Source: Scyliorhinus canicula (Eukaryota). From it: a stretch of 64,000 nucleotides of DNA. The position numbers and the translations under genes were made by a program. Of this stretch, positions 23,955-36,418 are shown one piece after another. Within the stretch, counting starts at the first letter, position 1; each line of letters opens with the position of its first letter. The stretch spans positions 151,733,050 to 151,797,049 of the forward strand of contig NC_052151.1 in assembly GCF_902713615.1 (NCBI RefSeq), read 5' to 3'. The notes below the pieces were generated by a model. The model had not been told where the DNA came from. It did not search any database and saw only the letters and a list, made by a program, of their open reading frames with translations.

Positions 23955-25170
23955 ATAACCACGGTTATCGTTCTGTTCATCCAGTCGTGTGTGTATAGGG
24001 AGTACAGTAGAGGACTGAGCACACATCCTTGTGGGGCCCCGGTGTTGAGGACTATTGTGGATGAGGTGTTGTTCCCTATCCTGACAGATTGCGGTCTGTT
24101 GGTGAGGAAGTCAAGGATCCAGCTGCAAAGGGAGGGGTCAAGTCCAAGGTTGCAGAGTTTGGTTATTAGCCTTGTCGGGATAATGGTGTTGAAGGCAGAG
24201 CTGTGGTCTATGAACAGTAGGCACCCTTGTTGTTGAGGTGTTCGAGTGTTGATTGTCGGGCAAAGGAGATGCTGTGGACCGGCTGCGGCGATAGGTGAAC
24301 TGCAATGGATTGAGACCGGCTGGGAGGTTGGTATTGATCTGTCTCATGACTAGCTACTCAAAGTATTTGATGGTAACAGATGTAAGGGGCACCGGTCGGT
24401 AGTCGTTGAGGCACGCTACCTTGTTCTTCTTTGGTACTGATATTATGGTGGTCTTCTTGAAGGAGGTGGGGACCTCGGAGCGGAGAAGTGAGGTGTTGAA
24501 GATATCTGTGAATACAAGCTGGTCTGCACAGGCTCCGAGTGCTCGCCCAGGGATTCCGTCGGGGGTCCGTCGCTTTCCACGGATTCACTTTCAAGAAGGC
24601 AGGTCTTACCTCTGAGGCTGTAATAGTGGGTATGGGTGTTTCTAGGGCTGTTGGGACGGGTGGCACTGATGTACTGGCTGTCTGTTCAAAGTGAGCAGTT
24701 CATCAGGAAGGGATGCTCCAGCCCCAGAGATTCAGCCTGGCCTTGCTTTGTAGCTTGTGATCTCATGTAAGCCCTGCCATAGACGTTGTGGGTTTGTGTC
24801 GTTGGCCTGGGACTCTAGTTTGATCCGATATTGTCTTTTGGCATCCCTGATGGCTTTATGTATGTCTTACCTGGATTTCTTATATAGGTCGGGGTCGTCA
24901 GACTTGAACATCTCCGTCTGGGACGTCAGCAGGGAGTGAACCCTTTGGTTAAGCCAGGATTTCCGATTGGGGAACACCCAAATTGTCTTCTTTGGTACAC
25001 AGTCCTCGACACACTTACTGATGAAGTCTGTGACGGTGGTTGCGTACTCGTCCAGGTTAGCTGCCGCGGCCTTGAATATGGACCAGTCTACAGACTCCGA
25101 GCAATCGCGGAGGATTTCCTCTGATGTCTCGGACCAGCATTGCACGGTTTTCTTGACGTGGAAGGGACCT
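23955..25170 (-). mobile_element. Rex1/Babar-like LINE RT fragment
   Basis: VTDFISKCVEDCVPKKTI..FPNRKSW, an LNDYRPV-like motif, LNPLQFTYR; frameshifted. Confidence 0.7.
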
Positions 25171-25748
25171 TGAGCGTGATGGTGTTCCCATGCGCCCGCT
25201 GACCTTGAATACTGACACTGCCACCTCTCACCCAATATCTGGAGGCAATGGAAATGTTAATGTCACCACAGTACCATAGCTTGCTCTCCCCATTTGAGTG
25301 AGCGCTGACTGTTGGTGATCTAACCTGAGGGTCGCCACTCCTCGGGCACGGGTCAAGGTTGAGAAGGCAAGGCCTTTGTGGATAACCTCAGCCAGTACAG
25401 GAATTGTACCTGCGCTATTGCCCTGGTACAAACCAGCCGCCTAACCAATTGAGCTAATCGACCCCTAAAAGAGATCAAAGGCAAAGTGAGACCACGACAG
25501 GGAGCAAACAAGAAAAAAAAATCAATCAGAAATGAAGGGAGCAATATATAGACTGGTAGAAGTGAAGGAAAGAGACAGAAGTAAAGAGAGTGGAAATTGG
25601 TCACGGTTGTAAAGAAAGACAAGATTGGGGTTTGATAATGACGACGACGACGTCTGGGTTTAAAAGCAATTTAACCGGTATCTGAATGCTGTTCTTCCAA
25701 AACGCTGGACGCACCGGCGTTAACGAATCATTAAAAGCTGCTACTCAC

Positions 25749-26366
25749 CTCTTCCAGAACGCCATAAGCATCTTCATACTTGCAGAATATAACTGAATTT
25801 TTGATGTTTAAGACAGAGGGATGGAGCTGCGGTCTGTCAGCCCAGCAGATGCAGTTGCAGGAGACCTCCCTCTCCTGGCCAGCAGTGAGCAGCCTCAGCC
25901 TCTGCCATATTCTGCCCCCATCATCCCTTGTGTAGCTGCACAGGGCTGTCTGCTCGTCTGCACGGACCAGCTCCTGCAACACCCGCTCTGTCTCCTTCAA
26001 GTGTTCATCGTCTTGAATCAAAAAGCCCTTGATCAATGATCCCTGCTGGTTTGGGGAAAAGGCCATCAGTTCCATCACGCGGCATCTTTCGGGCAGCCCG
26101 CTGAGCTGATCTCGCAGGCGGATGTAAGATTCTGCACCTGCAATCCTGTTGTCAGAGGCGATGCAAACCGAGTAGGTTTGGGCGCGGGTCAGGAGTTGAT
26201 GCAAACAGGAATTCTCATCCCAGTGCCCCTGGGGGGTTGGGTTTAGAGCGAAATAAAGCGGCTCTGAGTTAGTGCTGCACTCGATTGCGAAGACCCTTTT
26301 GGCCCATTCCTTGTACAGGGCCGACCTCAGTGACTGGGCCATCTCCAAGCTGCAGCGGACATTCAT
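25749..26366 (-). CDS. CMPK2: CMPK2 (mitochondrial UMP-CMP kinase 2) coding exon 1, N-terminal domain
   Basis: Lies inside ORF 25731..26519. First in-frame ATG is at 26366 (gccacaATG), giving MNVRCSLEMAQSLRSALYKEWAKRVFAIEC...YEDAYGVLEE. Donor GAG|GTGAGT; 618 nt, phase 0. Start codon choice is inferred. Confidence 0.85.
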
Positions 26367-26466
26367 TGTGGCGCTCAGTCTGCCCCTGGGCTCAGTTGCC
26401 CAGGGAATGGGCGTCTCATGAAAAGTAGCACCGAAACTATCGGGGCCGCGGAATCGGAAAGCAGCC

Positions 26467-26550
26467 TTCGGGAAAACAAATGTGACGTTTGGAAAGTGAA
26501 AGCGCCACAGCTGCCCCAAAGGTCCAGTGAGATCGCGGAGAAACGAAACT
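26467..26550 (-). promoter_or_regulatory. CMPK2 interferon-responsive promoter: two ISRE/IRF elements
   Basis: Plus-strand GGAAAGTGAAAG (26491-26502) and GAAACGAAACT (26540-26550). Also TGACGT (26483-26488) and a GAS-like TTTCCCGAA on the minus strand (26467-26475). All lie 100-185 bp upstream of the ATG. Confidence 0.8.
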
Positions 26551-27059
26551 TCCTCAACTGGGAGGGGAGGTTTGCTGCTTTTAAAACAGAGCAGACTAGC
26601 GGCGGGATTTTACAGCAGTCCTGATCTCAGGAGACGCCGCATTTACAGGGAAGGTTTACAGGGTTATGGGGAAATGGGGGCGGATGGGCTACCTGACAGT
26701 TCTAGAAATAGCAGAGATGTGATAAGCCCAATGGCCTTCTGTGTTAAGCATCAAGCTATGATGCTCTGGGCGGCACAGTGGTTAGCACTGCTGCCTCACA
26801 GTGCCAGGGATCCGTGTTCAATTCTGGCCTTGGGTGACTGGAGTTTGCGCGTTCTCCCCGTGTCTGCGTGGGTTTCTTCCGAGTGCTCCGGTTTCCTCCG
26901 TCCAAAGATGTGCAGGTTGGGTGGATTGTCCAACTGTTGGGTAGGGTTACAGGGATAGGGTGGGAGATTGGGCCAGGTAGAGTGTTCATTCGAAGGGCCG
27001 AATGGCCTCTTTCTGCACTATAAGGATTCTATGATTTGGGTGGTAGCTAAATTTGATAG

Positions 27060-28320
27060 GCCCCAAAACCAAGGATGGCAATGCGGACACACCATTAACC
27101 CCATGCCTGTTGACTGGAATGCAGTAAACCACCAACTTCATACTCCTCCTACTCTTAGTGCTGTTGTCACATGGTCTTCCAAACATTCCGATCATAGCAA
27201 CTGGGAGTTCTGGTTGAGCCTGTAGTCTTTAATGTTGTCTAGTTGCTTCCTCCACTGCCTCTTGCTCTTCTTACATTACCTTACAACCCTTTTGCACCAA
27301 TAATGTGTCCAAAGAACTCCTTCTTTTGATATTATGTAAGTGCACTCTTGTTCTTCCAGCCTTTTTCTGTACTTATTTTTACACTTATACCCCAGCTTAC
27401 ACTTCGGATCCTACTTGGTGCAACCTGCTCCTGAGAATAATTGCAGCAGCTGGCCAACACTAACCGCACTGGTTGGGTGCGTTGGAGAGGGGGACAATAT
27501 AATGAGTAAAGCTAGTCGGCAGTGCCCAAAGTTTCAAAGATAGCCTGGATGGCTTAAAGGGGAAATGCATTGTGGCTGGCAGCAGGATGTGCGAGAAGAA
27601 CTTTGGGAATTGAAACTGACCTGGAAAAAAACAAGAATGTCACAACATGGGAGAAAGCAAACTCCAAGGTTTTTGGACTGCTCTAAGGACCTTGGTGCAA
27701 TAGAGAGAAATATGCTCTATAACCACAGGAACCCCCTGCCCAGATGCACGCTCAGAAGACAGTGGGAGCATATACGTCAATATCAGGAATCAAGCCCTAA
27801 TGACCTATGTGCAGTGCAGGAGCTCAATGGCCCCACACAATCGGCCATCAGTGAATGTATATTCAAATGCCATATCCTGTCAGCTGTGCCACTAGCCTCA
27901 CATCACAACCTCTCACCAATATTTCACAGCTTTCACACACTGGTAGCTATTCAACCATGATGGCCACATCCTCCAGACAGATTGCAAGACACACACATAC
28001 ACACTTCACTGCCAAAGTGTTGCAGAATCGGAGATAACTTGAGTTAATCAGAGAGGAATGAACATGTCTGCAGATTACCTTACCTTTGTGCCCTTCTCCT
28101 TTCAGATGCACAACAGTGGAAAAACTGCAAATATACAGTGCTGATGAAGACAAGCCAACATCACTTAACTTCACACTCAGTCACTGGCTTTGATATGAAC
28201 ACTGCATGTAATTTAGAAGAACCATATGTGGCAGACAGGTTTGATGGCTTATAGCCTGGGCAGGAGACAAGGATAGTGCACGTGCCAGCTGCCCAGAGAG
28301 TGAGGGCACACGTGGATTCT
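27060..28320. mobile_element. Decayed autonomous Harbinger-like element (Myb/SANT-like ORF remnant on plus strand)
   Basis: MSQHGRKQTPRFLD...TLRRQWE...VQCR at ~27637-27855 resembles the Harbinger Myb/SANT protein N-terminus. Weak transposase-like trace on the minus strand at ~27060-27400. Confidence 0.45.
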
Positions 28321-28420
28321 TTTAAAATTTTATTTTGCAGGATGTGGGCTTTGCTAGCTAGGCCAGCATTTGGTGTTCATCCTAATTGCCTTTGCGGAGG
28401 TGATGGTGAGCTGCCTTCGC

Positions 28421-29915
28421 TTTTTTGTAACTATTTTTATTCAAATTTTTTAATTCAATATATAATACAAAACAGCAAAACAAAGTAAAACACCAATACA
28501 AACATAAAAATCCCCAAAACACAACTCACAAAATCTAGCCCCTCCCCTTCCTTCCTCCCTCCCCCATTAGCAGTTAACAATGACAAACTCTTTAAAATAA
28601 ACATCTGACATCTCCAGTAAAACCCTTCAATTGCTCCCCTCAGGGGGTGTACTTGACCTCCAGTTATAGGAACTCTATCAGATCTCCCACCTCACTGAAG
28701 CACTGGCCGGATACGCAGACCACCACCCCAGTAGTACTTGCCTCTGGGCAATCAGCGAGGTGAAGGCCAAGTCTTCGGCCCCCTCACCCGTCTGCAGTAG
28801 GGGCAAATTTGACGCCCAAAATATGACCACTAAGGTTCATTTTTCAGAATTGCCGACATGGTGCGAAAGAAGGAGACCCAGATACCCACAAGCTTGTGGC
28901 AAGATAATCAGAACATGTGCACATGGTTGGCTGGACCCCTCGAGCAGTGCTCGCGCTTGTCTTCCACCCCTGCAAAGATGTGACTCATTCTGGACTTAGT
29001 CAGGAACGCCCTAAAACTACTTTGAGTTGGATTAAACTAAGCCTCGCATAAGAAAACAGAGTTCATCCTACGCATGGCCTCACTCACACCTTGTCCTCTA
29101 ATATGGGTCCTTCTCCTCCCAACTGGCCTTAGCCCCCTCCACTGACATTGAACCCTCCGTCATAATCTGTCCATAAATAATGGAGTTGCTCCCTTCCTTC
29201 AACCCTGTGAGCGAAAGAACCCTCTCCATTAGAGGGGTTGGCGGAGCCATGGAGAATGTTGGTAAAATCCGTTTTGCAAAGTTGTGAACTTGTAAATATC
29301 TGAATAAGCCAAGTTGCAAATGCCCAAACTTTTCCGACAGTTCCTCTAAACTGGCAAATCGTCCCTCCAGGAACAGATCATGTAATCTCTCCAGCCACTT
29401 CCCCTTCAACACCCAAAAGTGCCATCCAATCTCTCAGGCTCAAAAAGATGATTTTCACAAATCGGGACCAGCTTCGGTACTGACTCCAGTTTAAAATGCT
29501 GACAGAATGGCCTCCATATCTTCAAAGTGGAGACAAACACTGGATTTGCCAAATGCTTTTCCAGTGCGAACAGGAGAAAGTCTGTCTCTATTGCCCTCAG
29601 ATCAGACCCTCTACACAACTTCGATTCCATCTGCACCCACGTGGCTCCCGGATCACAACACCAACCCAACGCCTTCTCTACATTAGCTGCCCAGTAGTAA
29701 AATATCAGGTTCAGCAATGCCAAGTCCCCTGACTGTCTGTCCCTTTGAAGGACTGCCCTGCGAATCCTTGTGGTCTTCCCCCCCCCCCCCCCCCCCCCCC
29801 CCCCCACCCATATAAAGATGTAATCAACTTTTCGACTCCCCCAAAAATAGAATTTAGGGAGAAAGACTGGCAAATACTGCAACAAAAATAAAAATCTTGG
29901 CAAAATGTTCGTCTT
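28421..29915 (-). mobile_element. L1/Tx1-like ORF2 3' fragment, degraded
   Basis: LPRFLFLLQYLPVFLPK...FYYWAAN...LFRYLQVHNF resembles the 56.3-58.4 kb element. T-rich tail at the left end. Confidence 0.75.
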
Positions 29916-32539
29916 GACCTACTGAACAAGATGTCTCCTTGAACCCCTGCAGTCCATTTGGTGTAGGTACACCCAGTGCGCTATTAGGGAGGAAGTTCCA
30001 GGATTGTGACCCAGTGACAGTGAAGGAATGGTAATATATTTCCAAGTCTGCATGGTGAATGACTTGGAGGGGAACGTCCGGGTGGTGCTGCTCTCATGTA
30101 TCTGCTACTCTCTTGTCCTTCTAGATGGCAGTGGTTGTGGGTTTGGAAGGTGCTGTGCATTGGTGGTTGAGGGAGTGAATGTTTGTGCAAGAGGAGCCAA
30201 TCAAGTGGGCTGCTTTGTCCAGAATGCTGTTAAGCTTCTTAGGAGTTGTTGGTGCTGCAGTCACCAGGCAACTGTGGAGTATTCCATCACATTCTTGACT
30301 TGTGTCTTGTAGATGATGGACAGGCTTTGGCGGGTCAGGACGTGAGTTACTTGCCACAGGATTCCTAGACTCTGACCTGATCTTGTAGCCACAGTATTAG
30401 TGTTAAATTTCTGCTCAATGGAAATCCCCAGGATCTTGATGGTGGAGGATTCAGTGATGGCAATGCCATTGAATGTAAGGTGCGATGGCTTAATTTTCTC
30501 TCATTGGAAATGGCCATTGCCTGGCACTTGCGTGTCGTGAATATTATTCTGCAGCAAATAATGCAGATGAGCACTTTCAAGAGTAATTTTAAAAAAAATT
30601 TCAATTAAAGGTCAATTTAGCATGGCCAATCCACCCACACTGCACATCTTTAGGTTGTGGGGGTGAGACCCACATCGACACGGGGAGAATTTGCAAACTC
30701 CACACTGACAGTGAGCTGGGGCTGGGATTGAACCCAGGTCCTCGGTGACGTGAGGTAGCAGTGCTAACCACTGCACAACCGTGTCACCCCACTTTGATGA
30801 GTAATGTATAGAAGAACGCTGATATGTATGGATAAAGAAATGTTTGGCGGAGTCAAGCGGAAAGCCTGCAATCAACTTTGAGGTGAATGGAGGAGTCTAG
30901 CACTAACACAGCATCGGACATTTGCAGAGTCTGGCTCCCAGTCTTTCCAATATGGAAGCAGTGGCTAACTCCGTGAACTCACTGTTGGACCCAACCATGA
31001 TGTAATGTCTCATGGTTGATGTCTCAGCAACCAGACTGATGCTACACTACAGTTCTTGCAGTGCAGTCATTTCTTTGAAAATCTGCTCCTGTCTCTCCTT
31101 CCTACTATTTAGTCGTTGAAATATCCACCCAGTAGCGTAAAAGCTCCTTTAATATTTTGTACCTCTAACCAAATCTATTCTATGTTTGATCATTTTCTAA
31201 TACTGCAATATTTTCCTTAATCAAAACTGTTTACCCCCTTCTTTTTTTTAATTTTCCTGAATATCTTGCACCTAGGAATATTTTTTTGACACTGTATCAT
31301 TTCCCATGTGGTATTTGTACATGCAGCTCACCAACCTTATTAACCGCAATCTGTGCACCTTCAAACATGCACTCCAAACCTACCTTGACCTCTTTTTATT
31401 TTCTATAATCCCACTTAATTCTGGATGAGGTGTGGTGCTTGCACAGAAAAAGAGCAGTTAGGAGGCAAACCAAAAGGAGCAACATAAAAATATATAGTGG
31501 GACAGAAGTAGATTTACAGGAAGTGTGATATGAAGGGAGCGGTGGTATAGTGGTATTGTCACTGGACTAATGATTCAGTAGCTAGGGGTAATGCTCTGGG
31601 GATCAGAGTTCGAATTCCACCAGGGCAGATGGTGAAATTTGAATCGAACAAAATCTGGAATTAAAAGTCCAAAGATGCCCACGAGATAATTGTCGTAAAA
31701 ATCCACCTGGTTCACTAATGTCCTTTAGGGAAGGAAATCTGCCATCCTTACTTGGTTTGGCCTACTTGCGACTCCAGGCCCAAAGCAATGTAGGGGGGGG
31801 GCAGTGGTATTGAAGGTGGACCAGTAATCCAGAGACCCAGGGTGATGATCTGGGGACCCGGGTTCGAATCCCACCACAGCAGGTGATGGAATCTAAATTC
31901 AATAAAACATTTCTGGAAGTCGAATGATGACCATGAAACCATTGTCGATTGGTCTGGCCTACATAAAAGGGCGATAAGGTAGCACAGTGGTTAGCACTGT
32001 TGCTTCACAGCTCCAGGGTCCCAGGTTCCATTCCCGCTTGGGTCACTGTCTGTGCGGAATCTGCACGTTTCCCCCGTGTCTGCGTGGGTTTCCTCCGGGT
32101 GCTCCGATTTCCTCCCACAGTCCAAAGATACGCAGGTTAGGTGGATTGGCCATGCTAAATTGCCCTTAGTGTCCAGGAAAGCTTAGGCGGGGTTACGGGG
32201 ATGGGGTGGAGGTGTAGGCTTAAGTAGGGTGTTCTTTCCAAGGGCTGGTGCACTCAGTGGGCCGAATTACCTCCTTCTGCACTATAAATTCTATGATTCT
32301 ATGACTCTTAAATACCCTCTAAAATAATCTAGCAAACCACTCAGTTCAAGGGCAGTTAAGGATGGGTGACAAACGCTGCCCCAGCCAGTGACACCCACAT
32401 CTTATGAATTCATGAATATTTTTTTTTAAACCCTGAGTTTCTGGACTCACTAGATCACTAAGATCTTTCTTAGTGTGCTCTATTTATAGGTCAGACAACC
32501 ATACATAAAGGAATCATGGAAGAGATATACTGTTATGAA

Positions 32540-32894
32540 GGGGCAGCACGGTAGCATTGTGGACAGCACAATGGCTTCACAGCTCCAGGGTCCCAGGTTC
32601 GATTCCGGCTTGGGTCACTGTCTGTGCGGAGTCTGCACATCCTCTCCGTGTGTGCGTGGGTTTCCTCCGGGTGCTCCAGTTTCCTCCCACAGTCCAAAGA
32701 TGTGCAGGTTAGGTGGATTGGCCATGATAAATTGCCCTTAGTGTCCAAAATTGCCCTTAGTGTTGGGTGGGGTTACTGGGTTATGGGGATAGGGTGGAGC
32801 TGTTGACCTTGGGTAGGGTGCTCTTTCCAAGAGCCGGTGCTGACTCGATGGGCCGAATGGCCTCCTTCTGCACTGTAAATTCTATGAATTCTAT
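32540..32894 (+). mobile_element. HE1/V-SINE-type SINE; another plus-strand copy at ~31968-32303
   Basis: Same head, core and tail as 14761-15102. Confidence 0.85.
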
Positions 32895-33350
32895 AAGAGA
32901 ATTATGAAGCGAATGGATTATGAAGCATGATTCTACAAAAAAGTAATCCCTAAACTGCAGGGAACAAGCACAGAACAAATTTCCATCATGAATGCTATGG
33001 CGAACACCATTAAGATTACAAATGGCCTTTCAGTTGTGCACAACTTTCATTGGCAGATTTGACAGGCAAGGTGATATTTGAAAAAAAGAACAGGGTCCAA
33101 GGAGGTGGCCTCTATTCAAGAAGTTAGTACAAGTTCCTTCAGTTAAATAAGTGAGGAATGGGTACTCGCTTCAGCCACTGTGAGATGTGGCTTCAGCTAT
33201 TGCAGGTATACTGAATGATACAGCATGCACACAAGCAAAGCTCCAAGGCATGGTAGCTGAGAGCTTCCCAATAAGGTTGTTCGCCCCACTTTGAGCAATT
33301 TGCCACAGTTTTAGGTTGGAGAATAGGAGCACACCACACAGGATGAACAA

Positions 33351-33689
33351 AGAATTAGAATAGTACAGCACAGAACAGGCCCTTCGGCCCTCGATGTTGT
33401 GCCAAGCAATGATCACCCTACTCAAGCCCACGTAGCCACCCTATGCCAGTAACCCAACAACCCCCATTAACCTTATTTTTTAGGACACTAAGGGCAATTT
33501 AGCCTGGCCAATCCACCTAACCCGCACATCTTTGGACTGTGGGAGGAAACCGGAGCACCCGGAGGAAACCCACGCACACACGGGGAGGACGTGCAGACTC
33601 CGCACAGACAGTGACCCAGCCGGGAATCGAACCTGGGACCCTGGAGCTGTGAAGCATTGATGCTAACCACCATGCTACCGTGCTGCCCC
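33351..33689 (-). mobile_element. HE1/V-SINE-type SINE
   Basis: Reverse complement of the 14761-15102 consensus. Confidence 0.85.
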
Positions 33690-34091
33690 GAAGGAAAGCT
33701 TGGACACAATAATTAGAGCGCTTGGCCATGGGGAGACTGCCCAGTCAAACCAGGTTGCCCCCCGAACTGCCACGACGAGAGGGGGGTGTTTTCATTTTTG
33801 GGAACCCTTTTTTCGCCCACGGACCCCAAGTGACAATGTCACCCCCACGGCGACATTGCTGCTCGTCCACGGCGACCCCACTGCCGCTTGCTGAAGTGAG
33901 GCTGTCCACTGAATCGGGTCCCCTGCAGTGGAGGAACCTCCGCCACATCCTCGAGATTCCTGCAGTGTCTTCCAGCCCCCAGCACCCCCCCCCCCCCCCG
34001 CCATGTCAGCGAAACTGCAATGAAAATAGGGACGCATTATCTCGCTGCATGTTTAGGGTGTTAGTCCGGGAAGCTGATGAAATCTATTGCT

Positions 34092-34192
34092 AGTTTCATT
34101 TTCGATTTCTGTTCTGACGAAATGAAACTTTTTACCTCGATCATGGTAAACATTGCAAGGCACCCCTCCTGACGTCAGAGAGTGTATATATA
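34092..34192 (+). promoter_or_regulatory. RSAD2 promoter: two ISREs, CRE and TATA box
   Basis: AGTTTCATTTTC (34092-34103), GAAATGAAACT (34119-34129), TGACGTCA (34170-34177) and TATATATA (34185-34192), about 90-190 bp upstream of the ATG. Confidence 0.85.
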
Positions 34193-34283
34193 CTAACCAC
34201 ACCAAAACATCAGCAATAAGAGAGAACAGCAACAGTGAGAGATACAAAGAAATCAGTACTACCCCGGGGAGGCAAACAAAAAA

Positions 34284-34587
34284 ATGTACGTGGTTATTTG
34301 CATCAGACTTCTGCTGCAGGTTTGCATCGACTGGGTGGGCGAACTCTCCCGGTGGCTGATGAAGTTCAGAGCCTTGGGTAAATATGGGATATGGGAGAGA
34401 GGGCGGCAAAGAGTGAAGCGGGGCGAGGTGAAGAGCAGCGCGCGGGCGACAACCCCCACCAGTGTCAATTACCATTTCACCCGCCAGTGCAACTACAAGT
34501 GCGGCTTCTGTTTCCACACCGCCAAGACATCTTTCGTGATGCCCCTGGAAGAAGCCAAAAAGGGGTTGAAACTGCTCAAGGAAGCTG
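34284..34587 (+). CDS. RSAD2: RSAD2 (viperin) coding exon 1
   Basis: Hydrophobic/amphipathic N-terminus, then [28 protein letters not shown] (radical-SAM CxxxCxxC). Donor GCT G|GTAAGT; 304 nt. Confidence 0.96.
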
Positions 34588-35441
34588 GTAAGTGTCGGAA
34601 TCCGCCACCAGTATTACAATGCGGGTTAGTTTATCTTCATTCAGAATAACATTGTATACACTACTGCACGTGCAAAATTAATGGGGAGAGGACAATTAAT
34701 GCTGATGTCCTCATGTAAGGAATAATTGCCCGTGAAACTTAGCTTTGCAGTGCGATGTTATGACTGCTAATGGGGTCCAGTATATATTGTCTAAACATTA
34801 GCGGATATCGACGACAGTTGTTTAAAATTGATGTTATTTTTGTGGGACTTTAAAAAAAAAAGTCATGCACTGACATGCAAGCGTGCAGCAGGCACAGCAA
34901 AGGGCAGAAGTACAAAATGCCAATGCCCAATTCTGCTCTGTGATGGGCAGAGGGAAGGAGATTGGAGTGTGGACCAGAGTAAACAGTGGGCTGCAGACAG
35001 CATGTGATGGCATTGTCAAGCAATGATTGTAGCTGCTATGAGTAATAGAAATAGAGTGCCGTGGGAGAAAGACAAAATGTTTCCTGCTTTAAACGACCAG
35101 CGAGTGTCAGTCAGCTTCAGTTCAGGAAATTAGCTACAGTACTTGCACTCTGGTCGCGGGGAGAATTCCTCTCCACCCGCCACCGCCCTGATGGCGAGGT
35201 TTGTTTTCAGGTATGCAACATTGTAGAGTCTAACACGGTGGTGGCTGTCTCCCTACATGGGTGAACTGAACAGTGAGATTTTCATTATTTGTTTTTTTAC
35301 TGAACTGGGAGGCTCAGGAAAATAACCCTGTAATCTTAGAGTATGCCAGTGCTTGATGGTTGGGTACAGCAGTTAATAATGTTAATAGACCGGGTTCAAC
35401 GGCCTTTCCAGGGGCAAACTGATTGAAATAACTTTGCTACC

Positions 35442-35768
35442 TGATGGAACCATCAATTCTACGGACACGTGCGTGTAGGATTAGAATAGTGGTTTTAATA
35501 TACTTACAACAGAGCCAGCCTGTTCGCCGTTGAACTTTCAATGAACTGGCCGGCTGGCTCTGTGGCACGGATCTTTATACAGCAGCTCCAGGGGGAGGAG
35601 TTCTGGGCGGGGCCAAGGGGGGAGCCCAGTACAAACTCTCGAGTACTCCCAGAGCTACTCCCCTGGTGGTCAGGTAGTGCAACTGCACTTACAATATCGG
35701 TACATATATACAATGGGAACAGAGTGACATTGGCAACTTATAATACCGTGTGAATCTCATTTACCACA
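35442..35768 (-). mobile_element. Solo LTR related to the 16.4-21.0 kb Gypsy family, in RSAD2 intron 1
   Basis: TG...CA termini and exact 5-bp TSD CTACC (35437-35441 and 35769-35773). Left part aligns by eye to the Gypsy LTR (ccatcaattc...ggttttaata...cttacaac.gagcc.gcc). Confidence 0.88.
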
Positions 35769-35929
35769 CTACCCATGTAGTTCATCTAAGTCATTGTCAT
35801 TCTGTGGTCCGGGTTCTCTTTTTCGAACTGTCCTGTGAGCAAAGGTTGGCAGGTTTATACAGATGGTGTTACCTCTGCCGTTGACAGATCAAAGATTTGA
35901 TTCAAAATATTGTTTTTTATCTTGCCCAG

Positions 35930-36091
35930 GTATGGAAAAAATCAACTTTTCGGGAGGAGAACCTTTCCTGCACAATCGCGGGGAGTTTCTCGGCAAGCTG
36001 GTGCAGTATTGTAAACAGGAACTGAAACTGCCCAGTGTCAGCGTTGTGAGTAATGGAAGTCGTATCACCGAGAAGTGGTTCAAAAATTATG
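35930..36091 (+). CDS. RSAD2: RSAD2 coding exon 2 (162 nt)
   Basis: cccag|GT ATG GAA; translates [13 protein letters not shown]...SVSVVSNGS...WFKNY. Donor G|GTAATT. Confidence 0.96.
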
Positions 36092-36418
36092 GTAATTTGT
36101 TTTTTTTTGCTCATCATAGGATAGAATTAAAAAAAAGAATAGAATCATAGCATCCTGACTGTGCAGGAGGCCATTTGGCCCATCGAGTCTGCACCAACCC
36201 TTTGAAAGAGCAACCTTTCCAGGTTTCCCCACCCTATCCCTGTAACCCCACCCAACCTTTGGACACTAATGGGCAATTTAACATGGCCAATCCACCTAAC
36301 CTGCACATCTCTGTCCTGTTCAGGTCTGGGAATGGGGTCGTAACTGTGTATATATTCTATTCAGATTGCCGTTTACATTCTAATTAAATATTATTGAAGT
36401 GAGTTAAAATTAAACAAA

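Noticed and set aside
26367-26519. CMPK2 start at 26519 as given by the ORF track
   Set aside because: That start is a TTG within the ISRE-containing promoter; the first in-frame ATG is at 26366.
36018-36030. GGAACTGAAAC ETS-IRF-like motif
   Set aside because: It lies inside RSAD2 exon 2 (codons for QELKL) and is explained by coding sequence.
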